Positions 48,194 through 58,632 of a stretch of DNA of 64,000 nucleotides are shown here, piece after piece. Below the pieces are notes generated by a model. It did not search any database and had not been told where the DNA came from. It saw only the letters and a list, made by a program, of their open reading frames with translations. The stretch covers positions 256,001 to 320,000 of the forward strand of contig CBDCYI010000011.1 in assembly GCA_965224085.1 (NCBI GenBank), given 5' to 3'. The position numbers were made by a program, and so were the translations under genes. This stretch comes from Candidatus Marinacidobacterales bacterium (lineage in GTDB: Bacteria; Acidobacteriota; Vicinamibacteria; Marinacidobacterales; SMYC01). Position 1 is the first letter of the stretch. Each line of letters begins with the position of its first letter.

Positions 48194-50470
48194 CTAGAAA
48201 TCGAAAAGATAGGTGTACTTCACGACGAACGACCGGCCGATGAGGTTGGGAACGACGACGCCGGTGTCCGGATCGATTCGGGTGAAGTTCGCGATGTTGC
48301 GCTGATCGTTGTAAACGAAGAACAAGCCGGTGCCGCTGCGATTCAGCAAGGCAAAGCGGACGTTCGAGGAGATGTCGGCGGTCTGGCTGTTGTACTGGAT
48401 CAGCGCTTGGATGTTCATGAGAGGCGTGAACGAGTAGTTGAACCGCACCGGAACGAGATCCGTCTTGAAGTCACCTCCGGGCAGCTTGACGTCGTCGCGG
48501 CGCCAGCCGACGCTCGCTTGAATCTTTGCGCCCACGCGGGCGTTAATCGTCACGTTGTATTGGTTGAAGTCCCCATCATAAAAGTCTCCCCACTTGTAAC
48601 GCACGTTGAAGAAAAATGGGGCGCTCGGATTGCCGGTATATGACAGCGTCCATTCGTTCCACGTATAGAAGCCGGGCGGGATGACGACGGAATCGCCACT
48701 CGGATCGCTATAGACGGGGAACGGGGTCACCGGACGATCTTGTTTACGATCGAGCGTCATCCCGAAGCGGCCGCCGGCTTGCTGCTGGATCTCGACGAAG
48801 TGGAAATGTCCCGACGAAGTCTCGACCAAGCCGTCGAAACCGTAATGCGCGCTCCACGTGGCATGGGGCGATAGGCGGCGAATCCAGGGATATTTTTTCG
48901 GTTGGTAGTCGAGAAAGAACCGCGCTTGCGGCTTGCGAAAGCCGCGGCGAGGAACGAAACCCGCTTGCGCGTCGAAACGTTCACCGACTTGGGTGTAGCC
49001 GACATGGCCACTCCACCAGTTGGTGGCGTATGTGACGAGGGCGCGGCCGGCATAGTCGGTGCCGAGCTCTCCAGACGATGTCGTGCCAGCCAGGAACGTG
49101 AAGAGCCTCGTGTTCACGGTGAGCTGGATATTGGCGTCGACGCCATATGCGCGGTTGTTGTGGGCGAGCTCGGGCGACGTCGCGCCCGTTTGCTGGCGGT
49201 TGACGAAAATGCCGCCAAAGTTCGAGCGGCCGACCTCGCGCTGGACTCGCGTGACAAAAAAGTTTTCCGCTGGCGCGATGAGATCTCCCGTACGGTCGTT
49301 GAACGCCTCCCGGGTTTGCATGTCCAGGACGCCGACGTTATACGCGCCGACTTTCCCGCTCATGCGGGCGCCGCCGAGAATAGGGATCGGGATCCCGCTT
49401 TCGAGACCGATGCGCCTCGAGAAGAAAAGATCGACTTCTCGGGGGGCTCCGAACGAAAAGGTCGAGGCGTTCTCGAGAAAGAACGGGCGCTTTTCCGGAA
49501 AAAAAAGCGGAAAGCGGGTCAGGTTGACCTGCTGCTCGTCTGCTTCGACTTGAGCGAAGTCGGTGTTGACGGTGAAGTCCGTGGTGAGGTTGGGCGTCAG
49601 GCCCCACTTCGCGTCGATGCCGATCTCGAAATCACTCTGTCTCTGGTCGGATGCGGCGAGGTTGTCCTCACCTGTGCTCCCGAGGCCATATGGCGTCACT
49701 TTGACGTCGCGTCGTCCCGGAAGCTGAAGGCCTTCGAGCTTGGCCGCGAGCGAGACGCGGTAGATGTCGTAGCCGCGGGGGATGGGTGCGAGGAACACTT
49801 GCTCGTTTTTTCGGCGGATATTGCGAAGTACGTTGAATCCCCAGATTTGGTTGTCGCCGGGCGTGTAGCGGAGCGTTTTCAGCGGGATGGCCATCTCGGT
49901 CTCCCAACCGCGCTCGGTGATCGCGGAGCGCACGGTCCAATTGCCATCCCAATTGGGGTTCCAACCGCTGACTTGACCGCGCCGGGCCCCGCCCTGGCCA
50001 GACTGGCGAGTCGTGCCGCCCGTCCGACCTTCACCTGCGACTTGCCCGTCATATTCGATACCGACGGGATTAGTGCCGAAAAGAAATCCGTTCTGGTTGT
50101 CGTTGAATGTGTCGAGGATGATTTGAACAGAGTCCGTCTCGTTCAGTTGCCCGTCGCGGCGGCTGTCGGTGACGAGAATCTGGCTCGGATCGGAATCGAA
50201 GAGAATGATGCCGACATAGAGTGTGCTCGGGTCGAGAAGAAGCCGGACCTCGGTGCGTTCACTAGCGGGTGCGCCCTCGATCGGGTTTTGTTGGGTGAAG
50301 CCGGTATGAGGCTCGGCGTGGGTCCAAGCCTGTTCCCTGACGCGGCCGTCGACGACGACTTCGACGCCGTCCTCGAGATTTTGGACGGTCAGCGATCGGG
50401 TTGCGGCACTTTCGAGAAGCGAAGGGGAAACGAGCGAGGCAGCAACGATCGCCAAGGCGACTTTACGCAT
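48194..50470 (-). CDS. DUF5916/CBM9-like outer-membrane protein
   Basis: Signal peptide MRKVALA; NTDFAQVEADEQQVNLTRFPLFFPEKRPFFLEN; C-terminal YLFDF. Confidence 0.9.
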   Translation of the reverse strand: MRKVALAIVAASLVSPSLLESAATRSLTVQNLEDGVEVVVDGRVREQAWTHAEPHTGFTQQNPIEGAPASERTEVRLLLDPSTLYVGIILFDSDPSQILVTDSRRDGQLNETDSVQIILDTFNDNQNGFLFGTNPVGIEYDGQVAGEGRTGGTTRQSGQGGARRGQVSGWNPNWDGNWTVRSAITERGWETEMAIPLKTLRYTPGDNQIWGFNVLRNIRRKNEQVFLAPIPRGYDIYRVSLAAKLEGLQLPGRRDVKVTPYGLGSTGEDNLAASDQRQSDFEIGIDAKWGLTPNLTTDFTVNTDFAQVEADEQQVNLTRFPLFFPEKRPFFLENASTFSFGAPREVDLFFSRRIGLESGIPIPILGGARMSGKVGAYNVGVLDMQTREAFNDRTGDLIAPAENFFVTRVQREVGRSNFGGIFVNRQQTGATSPELAHNNRAYGVDANIQLTVNTRLFTFLAGTTSSGELGTDYAGRALVTYATNWWSGHVGYTQVGERFDAQAGFVPRRGFRKPQARFFLDYQPKKYPWIRRLSPHATWSAHYGFDGLVETSSGHFHFVEIQQQAGGRFGMTLDRKQDRPVTPFPVYSDPSGDSVVIPPGFYTWNEWTLSYTGNPSAPFFFNVRYKWGDFYDGDFNQYNVTINARVGAKIQASVGWRRDDVKLPGGDFKTDLVPVRFNYSFTPLMNIQALIQYNSQTADISSNVRFALLNRSGTGLFFVYNDQRNIANFTRIDPDTGVVVPNLIGRSFVVKYTYLFDF

Positions 50471-50525
50471 GGTGCATGAGTTTCTTTTCTGTGATTCCGC
50501 GTACGCCCAACCTATTTTAACGCAG

Positions 50526-50790
50526 TTAGGAACCGCCTGCGGAATATTGTGCTCGAGGTGAACGGCCCGTGAGCCGCGTGTACATCTGATAGCCGAGCCA
50601 TCGAAAGGGCTCGGGCGGAATGAAGCGAAGATCTTGCTGGTAGAAGGGGAGCCCGCGCCAACGCTCGTCCGCGTCGCTGTAGATACCGGTGAGGACTTTC
50701 CCCGCGAGATTGGCAAGTGTGACGCCGTGCCCGCTATAGCCGAGCGCGAAATAGACGTTCCGGTCTCGATCAAGCCAAAGACGCCGTCGA
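50526..50790 (-). pseudogene. FAD-dependent oxidoreductase (PuuB/DadA-like) C-terminal fragment
   Basis: [13 protein letters not shown]...G motif and IPPEPFRW. Confidence 0.7.
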
Positions 50791-50853
50791 TCCGTCTCGC
50801 GTCGCTTCGTAGATAAGAATCCAGTCATTGGCGGCGCCCATGCTATCTCGGGC

Positions 50854-52257
50854 TCAGGAGGCTCCGTCTCGTGCGTCCGTCAATAGTTCGATGAGAGCGT
50901 CGATGTCCTCTTCGCGGTTTCTGAAGTTCGTGATGCAGGCCCGAAGAGCCGGGGTCGTGTCGCCGAGGCTCATGATGGATATCCAAGTTTTTCCGCTCGC
51001 GATGACGCTTTCCGCCATGGCCTTCAAATAGGAAAGCTCGCGTCCCTCAGGGTGCGAGGCGTCCTGGAAGCACGCGACCGGAAGCGGCGTTTGGTTGACG
51101 AGAGCGAAGCCGGCCGCCTCGAGCTTTTTTCGCAACACGCTGCCGAGCCGCACCATTTCTCGAATCGTTTGTTCATAGCCTTCCCATCCAGCGACGAGAA
51201 GAGAGAGAAACAGCTTCAACCCGATGAAGCGGCGCGTCCACTGCATCGAGCTTCGATGCGGCTCGACGATCTCGACGCCGTCCTTCGCGCGCGGCATGTA
51301 GCCTGCGTCGATCGAGAACGTGCGCTCCGCCATGTCCGGATGGCGAGTGAAGAACATGCCGGCGCCCATGGGCACACTGAGCCACTTGTCCGCTTGCTCG
51401 ATCCCCGACAACGTCTGACGCATCTCCGGGAGTAGCGCCGCTGCGCCGCCCCAAGCCGCGTCCGCATGGACCCACACGCCTTCCTCGTGCCCGACTTTTG
51501 CGATCGCGCCCACGGGATCTACGAGACCTGCGCCCGTGGTACCGAGCGTCGCGACAACGAGTAGCGGGATGTCGCCGTTCGCGCGATCCTTTGCGATCTG
51601 ATTCTGCAATGCGCTCGGATCCACCACGTATCGTTCGTCGAGCACGACATGGCGCACCGCGTGAGTGCCGATCCCAGTGAGCCGTGCCGCCTTGACGAAA
51701 GAGTGGTGGCTCTCGGGCGAGACGTAGACGAGCGGGCGCCCATCGAGCGTCCGGGCCCCGTCCTCTCCGAAGCGTGGGAAGCGCCGCATGAGCGCCATCA
51801 GGAGGGCGGTGTGATTGGCCTCGGCCCCGCCAGATGTGAAAGACCCGGAGCACGTCTCGCGCGCGTAACCGAAGCGAGCTCCAATCTCGCGGATCAGCAT
51901 CTGGTCGACTTCACAGGCAAACGGGGCATGCGTCCACGCCGCGAGCTGAGGATTGAAAGCTGCGACGAGCGTATCCGCCGCGATGCTCATGGTCGTGGTG
52001 GCGGGATTGAAGAGGCCGAAATAGCGCGGGTGACCGTTATGCACCTGGTGGTGGCGGAGTCCCTCGACGGCGAGCGCGAGCGCCGCTTCCGGATCTATCG
52101 GCCGATCGAAGTCGACTTGCGAGAGGAGGACGCGGGGGAGCTTGGGGTCCATCGAGGGCGATACGGGGAGCTTTTCTAAATCTTCCGCGAGGGCCTCGAC
52201 GGCGTCGAACGTCTTCTTCCACAGGGCAATTCGGGATGCGCGCGGCAGCTCTAACAT
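50854..52257 (-). CDS. PLP-dependent group II decarboxylase with an apparent in-frame deletion before the PLP lysine
   Basis: [18 protein letters not shown] and VHADAAWGG motifs; reads [11 protein letters not shown] where ADSxxxDxHKW is expected. Confidence 0.8.
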   Translation of the reverse strand: MLELPRASRIALWKKTFDAVEALAEDLEKLPVSPSMDPKLPRVLLSQVDFDRPIDPEAALALAVEGLRHHQVHNGHPRYFGLFNPATTTMSIAADTLVAAFNPQLAAWTHAPFACEVDQMLIREIGARFGYARETCSGSFTSGGAEANHTALLMALMRRFPRFGEDGARTLDGRPLVYVSPESHHSFVKAARLTGIGTHAVRHVVLDERYVVDPSALQNQIAKDRANGDIPLLVVATLGTTGAGLVDPVGAIAKVGHEEGVWVHADAAWGGAAALLPEMRQTLSGIEQADKWLSVPMGAGMFFTRHPDMAERTFSIDAGYMPRAKDGVEIVEPHRSSMQWTRRFIGLKLFLSLLVAGWEGYEQTIREMVRLGSVLRKKLEAAGFALVNQTPLPVACFQDASHPEGRELSYLKAMAESVIASGKTWISIMSLGDTTPALRACITNFRNREEDIDALIELLTDARDGAS

Positions 52258-52427
52258 GCCGCGATTATAGCGAAGCGGCAATAATGCGTGGACACACCGG
52301 GCGGGGCTGACAGCAAGAGATTGGGGGCGGTCCCGCCCGGAGCACTAGACAGACTAGAGCAGTTATCGGCGCCGGCAGTCATGCAGCCGAGTAAGTAAAA
52401 GCCCTCGGTAGAGAGGTGACGCTACTC

Positions 52428-52461
52428 AAAAAAGAAAGGGGACCCGTCTGGGTCCCCTTTC
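52428..52461 (-). terminator. Intrinsic terminator
   Basis: GAAAGGGGACCC-loop-GGGTCCCCTTTC followed by a T-tract on the minus strand after ORF 52476. Confidence 0.85.
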
Positions 52462-52475
52462 GGTGCTTTTGAGCG

Positions 52476-54053
52476 CTACCGTTTGAAGAAGTAGCGAATA
52501 CCGCCCATATAGAGATAGTTGTTGTCAATCATATTGAGCATCGATGTGAACAATCGGCCTTCGATGAAGAACTGGGCCTTTTCGGTCACGTTCCAACCGC
52601 CGTGGACGAAGAGGCTACCGTCGACCGTGTCACTATGGTTGAAGTCCCAGATTCCGACGCCCGCACCGATGAAGCCGGCCTCGAAGAGCTTGTCGATGCC
52701 GATATCGGCGAAGACGCTCGTGTTCTCCGAGTCGCGCAAGTTGATCGCCACACCGCCCTGTCCGAAGACTTGAGCGGCTCCGTCGGCGATAGGATAAGCG
52801 ACGCCGAACGTGCCGCCGACGAGAACCGCCGAGCGATCGTGCAAATCCGATTCGCCTTCCGTCGGTGCGTCCTCGATACCCGGACGCCAGCGGCGCTCGT
52901 TACCCACGAAGAGCGTGAAGAACGGGTCGAGCTTCGCTTCGGGTTTGGCGAAGTTGTAATCCGCCTGGCAGGTCGCGGTCATGCTGCGATCGTCGACGAC
53001 TTCGCCTTCGAGCCGGTAGCGGCCATATTCGGCCATCAGGAAGGTGGAGCTGCACTCGGCGTCGAGCGACATCGTGTCGATGAGCTGCTCGGAGCCTTCG
53101 AGGGGCGTGTGGAAAATCTTGACGGTCTTGCTCGTCAACGAGCCGACGCGCGTCGCGCTCGAGCACATGTCGATACCGAAGCTCGCGCGTCCGGCCTTGG
53201 GTGTCGGATCCATCGGCGGCGGCGTGAGCTGCAAATTGCATGTGGGCTGGCACGGCTCGAGATTCAACCGCTCCGTCGTCGTGCGCGTCCTTTCGGAACC
53301 GCGTAACACGGTAGCGCTGAACGTATAGGCGCCCGCGTCGGCCAGCTTGCCTTCCCAGCGGTAGCTGGCGCCAGCGCGGCTCGGGCTCAAGGTCTCGCGT
53401 TGGCCGCTCGGGCGCGTCAACGTGAGCTCGAGGCTTGCGCCCTCGGGCATGCCGCCCGGTGTCGAAACGTCCACTGTGACGTTCGCGCCCGTGCAGCTAT
53501 TCGGGCTTTGAACGTTCACTCGGGGACCCGCCAGGCCAGTAATCGGCGGCGGTCCGACGGTCCTCATCTCGATGAGAGACAAGTTGCCGCAAGCTTTTGG
53601 GATCAGGAAACGATGCTCCTGCCCCCTCGACTCGAACCGAATCTCGAAAGCTTCGAAAGGATCGCTCCCGGCCCAGCGAAGACGGCCGGTCGGCTGCACG
53701 ATGCCGTTCTTGCGTACAGCCATCCACTCGAACGTATGGCCGACGGGATATTGGGCTTCGCTGAAGCTCCCGCTCTCGACAGCATTGAAGAGGTCGTCGT
53801 GGTCGCCCGGCCAATTCGCGTCGTTGAGAACCTTTTCGTAGTCCGCCCGGTTCTCACGAAATATACGCTTGAGCTCGTCTCCGTCTTGAGGGCCGGGCTT
53901 GAAGACCGCGTTGCTCGTCCCGAGCCGACTAAAGTCCTGATATTCCTGGCCGACGGCCGTATTGGCGAAGAGCGCCGCTCCGACGAGAGCGACGAGCCCC
54001 ACGGTCGAGGGCAGCCGGAGCAGCGGCGAACGGTGACACAGTGACATGATCAA
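52476..54053 (-). CDS. Secreted/outer-membrane hypothetical protein
   Basis: Signal peptide, Cys pairs and a beta-barrel-like C-terminus ending GGIRYFFKR; AGGAG RBS. Confidence 0.8.
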   Translation of the reverse strand: MIMSLCHRSPLLRLPSTVGLVALVGAALFANTAVGQEYQDFSRLGTSNAVFKPGPQDGDELKRIFRENRADYEKVLNDANWPGDHDDLFNAVESGSFSEAQYPVGHTFEWMAVRKNGIVQPTGRLRWAGSDPFEAFEIRFESRGQEHRFLIPKACGNLSLIEMRTVGPPPITGLAGPRVNVQSPNSCTGANVTVDVSTPGGMPEGASLELTLTRPSGQRETLSPSRAGASYRWEGKLADAGAYTFSATVLRGSERTRTTTERLNLEPCQPTCNLQLTPPPMDPTPKAGRASFGIDMCSSATRVGSLTSKTVKIFHTPLEGSEQLIDTMSLDAECSSTFLMAEYGRYRLEGEVVDDRSMTATCQADYNFAKPEAKLDPFFTLFVGNERRWRPGIEDAPTEGESDLHDRSAVLVGGTFGVAYPIADGAAQVFGQGGVAINLRDSENTSVFADIGIDKLFEAGFIGAGVGIWDFNHSDTVDGSLFVHGGWNVTEKAQFFIEGRLFTSMLNMIDNNYLYMGGIRYFFKR

Positions 54054-54324
54054 CTCCTGTTTGGTATCGTGATGGAGTACGGGAAGCTGTGTTTCCTGAT
54101 GCGCTGGCGCGGCAGGAGCGCATCGTCCGATGTGGAACGGTTAACCCGTACGACAAAACTCGTCTTTGAGAGCGCTTGGCTCTCGAGTAGTCTCCTTGAA
54201 TAGCCTGCAGATGTGTCCAGGCTCTTCCGAGCCTGGCGAGTTTCTAAGTGTACCTCACGCTGGAACTTGTGTAAACAAGAAGCCCGCGCTGGCCTAAAAT
54301 GTGGACGCTCCAGGAGGCTCTAGC

Positions 54325-55128
54325 ATGATCGGATCGAAAGTGACACGAAGAGGATTCTTGGGTGGTGGCATGGCAATGGGCGCGAGTGTCGTGGCCGCAA
54401 CCGCGAGCGCACAGGCTTTCGAGCTGGACGAAGTGACGATTTCCGGGCTCCAGCAGGGCATGGCGTCGGGACGCCTCACGGCACGCTCCATCACCGAGCT
54501 CTATCTCGGCCGCATCGACGCAGTAGACCGGCAAGGGCCGGCGCTCCGCTCCATCATCGAGACGAATCCCGACGCGCGACGCGGGCGTTGTTGAAAGGCT
54601 GCGCCAGGCAGGTGCCATCCTGCTCGCGAAGACCAATTTGAGCGAGTGGGCCAACTTCCGATCCATGCGCTCGTCGAGCGGTTGGAGTGGGCGAGGTGGC
54701 CAGTGCAAGAACCCCTACGTTTTGGATCGCAATCCGTGCGGCTCGAGCGCCGGTTCCGGTGCCGCAACGTCCGCCAATCTCGGCGCCATCGCGTTAGGTA
54801 CGGAAACGGACGGCTCTGTCGTCTGTCCTTCGAACGCGTGCGGCCTCGTTGGCATCAAGCCGACCATCGGTCTCGTGAGCCTCGCGCCGGGATCATCCCG
54901 GTCGCGCATAGCCAGGACACGGCCGGACCCATGACCCGCACCGTTACGGACGGTGCGATTATGCTCGGGGCGATCGCTGGCGTCGACGCACGAGACGACG
55001 CGACGCGTGCGAGCGATGGCCACGCGCATGCCGACTACGCGCCGTTTCTCGAGCCTGTTGGGCTCCGGGGCGCACGCATCGGCGTCGCGCGCCAATATTT
55101 TGATTTCGCGAAACTCTCGCGGGAGTGA
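54325..55128 (+). pseudogene. Tat-exported amidase-signature enzyme, internally deleted and truncated
   Basis: TRRGFL; KTNLSEWAN, CGSSAGSG, GTETDGS and GIKPT..DTAGPM spread across three frames. Confidence 0.85.
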
Positions 55129-55157
55129 GTGCGGAGGTGGTACGGTAGAGCCGCAAG

Positions 55158-55730
55158 GTGGAGACTCTCAAACAATATCTTCTAGCGTTCGGCCTGCCCG
55201 GACTGTTCTTGATCGCGTTCATGGACTCTGCGGGCGTGCCGCTTCCGGGCGGCGTCGATCTCGTGGTCATGGTGTTGTCGTGGCAGCGTCCCGGCATGTT
55301 CATCCTCGTAGCGCTCCTCGCGGCTATTGGATCGACCGTGGGTTGCTGGGTTCTCTACCGCATTGCACGCGTCGGTGGCGACGCCATGCTCGCCCGCTTT
55401 CCGAAAGAGAAGCAGGAATGGGTGAAGGAGAAGGTGCACCGAAACGACATCCTTGCGGTGTCGGTGGCGATGCTCGGCCCGCCGCCTTTTCCGACCAAGC
55501 TCTTCATTCTCGTAGCGGGCATAGTGCGCATGGACTGGCGCCGCTTCGTTGCGGCCGTCTTCGTGGGCCGCTTCGTCCGTTTCTCGGCGGAAGCCTATCT
55601 CGCGGTGCGGCTTGGGGATCAAGCGGTGGAGACGTTGCAGCAGCACTATCCGAGCATCGGCCTCGCGCTCGTGATTGGTGTCGCCCTCGTTCTCGCGGGA
55701 CGCCGTTTCACGCGCCGGGCGCCGGCGTAG
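55158..55730 (+). CDS. DedA/VTT-domain membrane protein
   Basis: GLFLIAFMDS, PPPFPTK.F...AG and GRFVRF motifs. Confidence 0.85.
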   Translation: METLKQYLLAFGLPGLFLIAFMDSAGVPLPGGVDLVVMVLSWQRPGMFILVALLAAIGSTVGCWVLYRIARVGGDAMLARFPKEKQEWVKEKVHRNDILAVSVAMLGPPPFPTKLFILVAGIVRMDWRRFVAAVFVGRFVRFSAEAYLAVRLGDQAVETLQQHYPSIGLALVIGVALVLAGRRFTRRAPA

Positions 55731-55736
55731 TCGGTC

Positions 55737-56165
55737 ATGTTCACAACGCTGCTCCTGCTCGTTGCTCTCGGCGGGCTCGTCGGTTGGCTGGTCGCGCGCT
55801 CGCGTGGGCGCACGAGGATGCGTGTGGCGCGCGAGCTGATTCCCGAGATTCGAGAGCTCATCGACTCGTCGGATCCGAAAGGCCTTTCAGACGGTGAGCC
55901 CGTCGCGGCAAAACGCTACGAGGCCGAACAAAAGCGATTGCCTCAAGTCCTTCCGAACGATTCGTTGTGTGCGGTGGAGACGTTTTATCGGTGCATCGAC
56001 TCTTATCGGTCGGCGCGCACGCACATGGCTCGGTCCTTCTCGGAGATTGACACGATCAGCCTCGGCGATCGCATCCGCGCCAAAGATGGACGCGATCGAT
56101 GTTTGAAAGACGTCTATCTTACGGGTGAAGCAGCCGTTCAAAAGCTCGAGACGCTACTCGGCTAA
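55737..56165 (+). CDS. Hypothetical protein with an N-terminal membrane anchor
   Basis: 142-aa ORF in operon spacing. Confidence 0.65.
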   Translation: MFTTLLLLVALGGLVGWLVARSRGRTRMRVARELIPEIRELIDSSDPKGLSDGEPVAAKRYEAEQKRLPQVLPNDSLCAVETFYRCIDSYRSARTHMARSFSEIDTISLGDRIRAKDGRDRCLKDVYLTGEAAVQKLETLLG

Positions 56166-56175
56166 AGGAGAGCGC

Positions 56176-57309
56176 ATGCGCTATCCGCTGATTCTGATGC
56201 TGCCGTTTCTCGCGGCGGGCCAGGGGAGTGATGTCTATTACCCGGAGCGGGGCGAAGCGTGGAAAAAGCGCACGCCCGAGTCGATGGGACTCGACGCGAC
56301 GGCATTGCGCGACGCGATCGCCTACGCCGAGGCCCACGAAACCTCCATGCCGCAGGACCCGGGCGCCTATCTGCGCGACCGTTTCGAAGGGCAAGCCGAT
56401 CAGGACATTGTCGGCCCGACCAAGGAGCGCCGCGGCGTCAACGGCATCGTGATCTATCGCGGCTATATCGTTGCGGAGTGGGGCGATACCCCCCGCGCGG
56501 ATATGACGTTCAGCGTGACGAAGAGCTACCTCTCGACCGTGGCGGCGCTCGCCGAGCGCGACGGTTTCTTGCCCGACCTCGATCGCCGAGTCAGACTTGA
56601 GGTTCTGGGTGGTCTCTTCGACTCTCCGCAGAATCGTGACATCACGTGGCGGCATTTGCTGCAGCAAACGACCGAGTGGGAAGGGACCCTATTCGGAAAA
56701 CCCGACACCGCGGACCGGCGCCGCGGCATCGATCGAACGCTGCAGCGTCCCGGGACGTTTTGGGAGTACAACGACGTTCGGGTGAACTTGCTGGCGCTGA
56801 GCTTGCTCCGCTTGTGGAAGAAGCCTCTCCCGGGGATCTTGAAAGCAGAAGTCATGGATCCGATTGGTGCTTCGGATACGTGGAGCTGGAACGGCTACGA
56901 CACGTCCTATGTCGAGCTCGACGGCCGGCGCGTGCAATCGGTGAGCGGCGGCGGCCATTGGGGCGGCGGCCTGTTCATCAGCACGCGCGACCATGCGCGT
57001 TTCGGCTATCTTTTTTTGCGCAACGGACGATGGAGGGATCGGCAGATCTTGCCGGAAGATTGGGTCGCGCGAGCGACGACGCCGGTCGCCATCCAGCCGA
57101 ATTACGGCTTCATGTGGTGGCTCAACACGGGCCGCGAGCGTTTCCCGAGCGCCCCGGAGTCGAGCTTCTTTGCGCTCGGCGCCGGCTCGACGAGCACGAT
57201 CTGGGTCGACCCGGAGCATGACCTCGTGGTCGTCTCGCGCTGGGTCGAAGGCGATGACGTGGACGGCGTGATCGCTCGCGTTTTGAAAGCGATGGGCGGA
57301 TCGGACTAG
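56176..57309 (+). CDS. Serine hydrolase, beta-lactamase/NylB family
   Basis: SVTK (SxxK), HLLQQT, WEYND and RDHARFG motifs; AAGGAG RBS. Confidence 0.88.
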   Translation: MRYPLILMLPFLAAGQGSDVYYPERGEAWKKRTPESMGLDATALRDAIAYAEAHETSMPQDPGAYLRDRFEGQADQDIVGPTKERRGVNGIVIYRGYIVAEWGDTPRADMTFSVTKSYLSTVAALAERDGFLPDLDRRVRLEVLGGLFDSPQNRDITWRHLLQQTTEWEGTLFGKPDTADRRRGIDRTLQRPGTFWEYNDVRVNLLALSLLRLWKKPLPGILKAEVMDPIGASDTWSWNGYDTSYVELDGRRVQSVSGGGHWGGGLFISTRDHARFGYLFLRNGRWRDRQILPEDWVARATTPVAIQPNYGFMWWLNTGRERFPSAPESSFFALGAGSTSTIWVDPEHDLVVVSRWVEGDDVDGVIARVLKAMGGSD

Positions 57310-57340
57310 CCCTCTACTTCGTGGGTGCGAGGCGCTCGAG

Positions 57341-57799
57341 CTATTGGAACCAGTTGAAGACGACCTGGAACTCCGTCGTCGAACGGTCGGTCACGACCAA
57401 AAAGCGCTCTCCGTCGGGCGAGACGTCATAGTAGGTGCCAAATCCGTAACCGCTTCGGTCGAACGGCTGCTCGTGGAGCACCGTGGGAGTCGATGCTTGA
57501 AACTCAAGATCGTCCATCCACAATTTCGATGCGGGCGTCACCGATATCGCGTAGACGCTCGCGAGGGTCCTTCACGAAGCACCGCTCTAGAAGCTTTCGG
57601 ATCCTCGGGTCGAGGCTTGCTGTAAACCGCGACCAGTCCGGCTCCGTCTTGATCACCGCGGCAAGAATCTCCGAGACGTCTTCTCCTCGAAACGCTTTCA
57701 CGCCCGTCAGCATTTCGTAGACAACACTGCCCTACCTCCCACGCCGAGAAGAGACAGGATCTCGTACTCCGCGAGTTTCGTACCGGACGCCAAGCTCAT
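57341..57799 (-). pseudogene. Ser/Thr kinase-TolB gene collapsed by two large internal deletions
   Basis: MSLASGTKLAEYEILSLLGVGG | GSVVYEMLTG...RERLRDIGDARIEI | YDVSPDGERFL...VVFNWFQ*. Confidence 0.88.
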
Positions 57800-57810
57800 G
57801 TCCATTCGCC

Positions 57811-58632
57811 TCATACAACCGTGTGGCGATCGAGCCCCCGTGTCTGCACGACGCGCGTAGAGATCTCCTCGACCGATGTAGTGGTCGTGTTGATGAACGG
57901 GATGTCGAAGGACTTGAAGAGCGCCTCCACCTTTCGCACCTCGGCGCGGCACTGCTCGATCGATGCATAGCGGCTCCCCCTGCGGCGCTCCTCGCGGATG
58001 CTGGCGAGGCGCTTTGGATCGATCGTCAAACCGTGCAACCGTTCGCGAAACGGTGCGACGGGCGCCGGAAGCTTTGAAGTCGAAAGGTCCTCCTCGGTGA
58101 TCGGGTAGTTGGCCGCGCGTATGCCGAAATGCATCGCGAGGTAGAGGCACGACGGCGTCTTTCCGGAGCGGGACACACCCACCATAATAATGTCCGCTTT
58201 GTCGTAATCCTTGATGCGCGCGCCGTCGTCGTGCTGCAGGCTGTAATCGATCGCCGCGATGCGCGCCTCGTAGGAAGACAAATTGCTGATGCGGTGCGAG
58301 CGCGTTCGCTTGACGACGGCCTTCGCGCCGAGCGCCTGCTCGAGCTGACTCAAGAAGCCTTCGAAAAGATCGAGGATCAGGCCTTGGGATTCGTGGATTT
58401 GGTAGCGGATCACAGGGTCCGCGAGCGTGCTGAAGACGAAGGGCATTTCGCCATCGGCCTCGGCGGCCGCGTTGACCTGGGCCACGACCGCCGCCCCCTT
58501 TTCCGGAGTGTCGATGTAAGGTATGGTAACTTCTTTATAGTCGGGCGCGGTCTCGAACTGCGCGAGCAGGCTATGGCCGATAGTCTCGGAGGTAATCGCG
58601 GTGCGGTCGGAAACGTAGAACATGGTGCGCAT
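57811..58632 (-). CDS. ppsR: PEP synthase regulatory protein (kinase/pyrophosphorylase)
   Basis: [21 protein letters not shown] and GVSRSGKTP...ANYP motifs. Confidence 0.92.
   Translation of the reverse strand: MRTMFYVSDRTAITSETIGHSLLAQFETAPDYKEVTIPYIDTPEKGAAVVAQVNAAAEADGEMPFVFSTLADPVIRYQIHESQGLILDLFEGFLSQLEQALGAKAVVKRTRSHRISNLSSYEARIAAIDYSLQHDDGARIKDYDKADIIMVGVSRSGKTPSCLYLAMHFGIRAANYPITEEDLSTSKLPAPVAPFRERLHGLTIDPKRLASIREERRRGSRYASIEQCRAEVRKVEALFKSFDIPFINTTTTSVEEISTRVVQTRGLDRHTVV

Noticed and set aside
48902-50479. Long antisense ORFs (also 26240-27226, 31211-32218, 59945-60823)
   Set aside because: Shadow frames of well-supported genes in GC-rich DNA.
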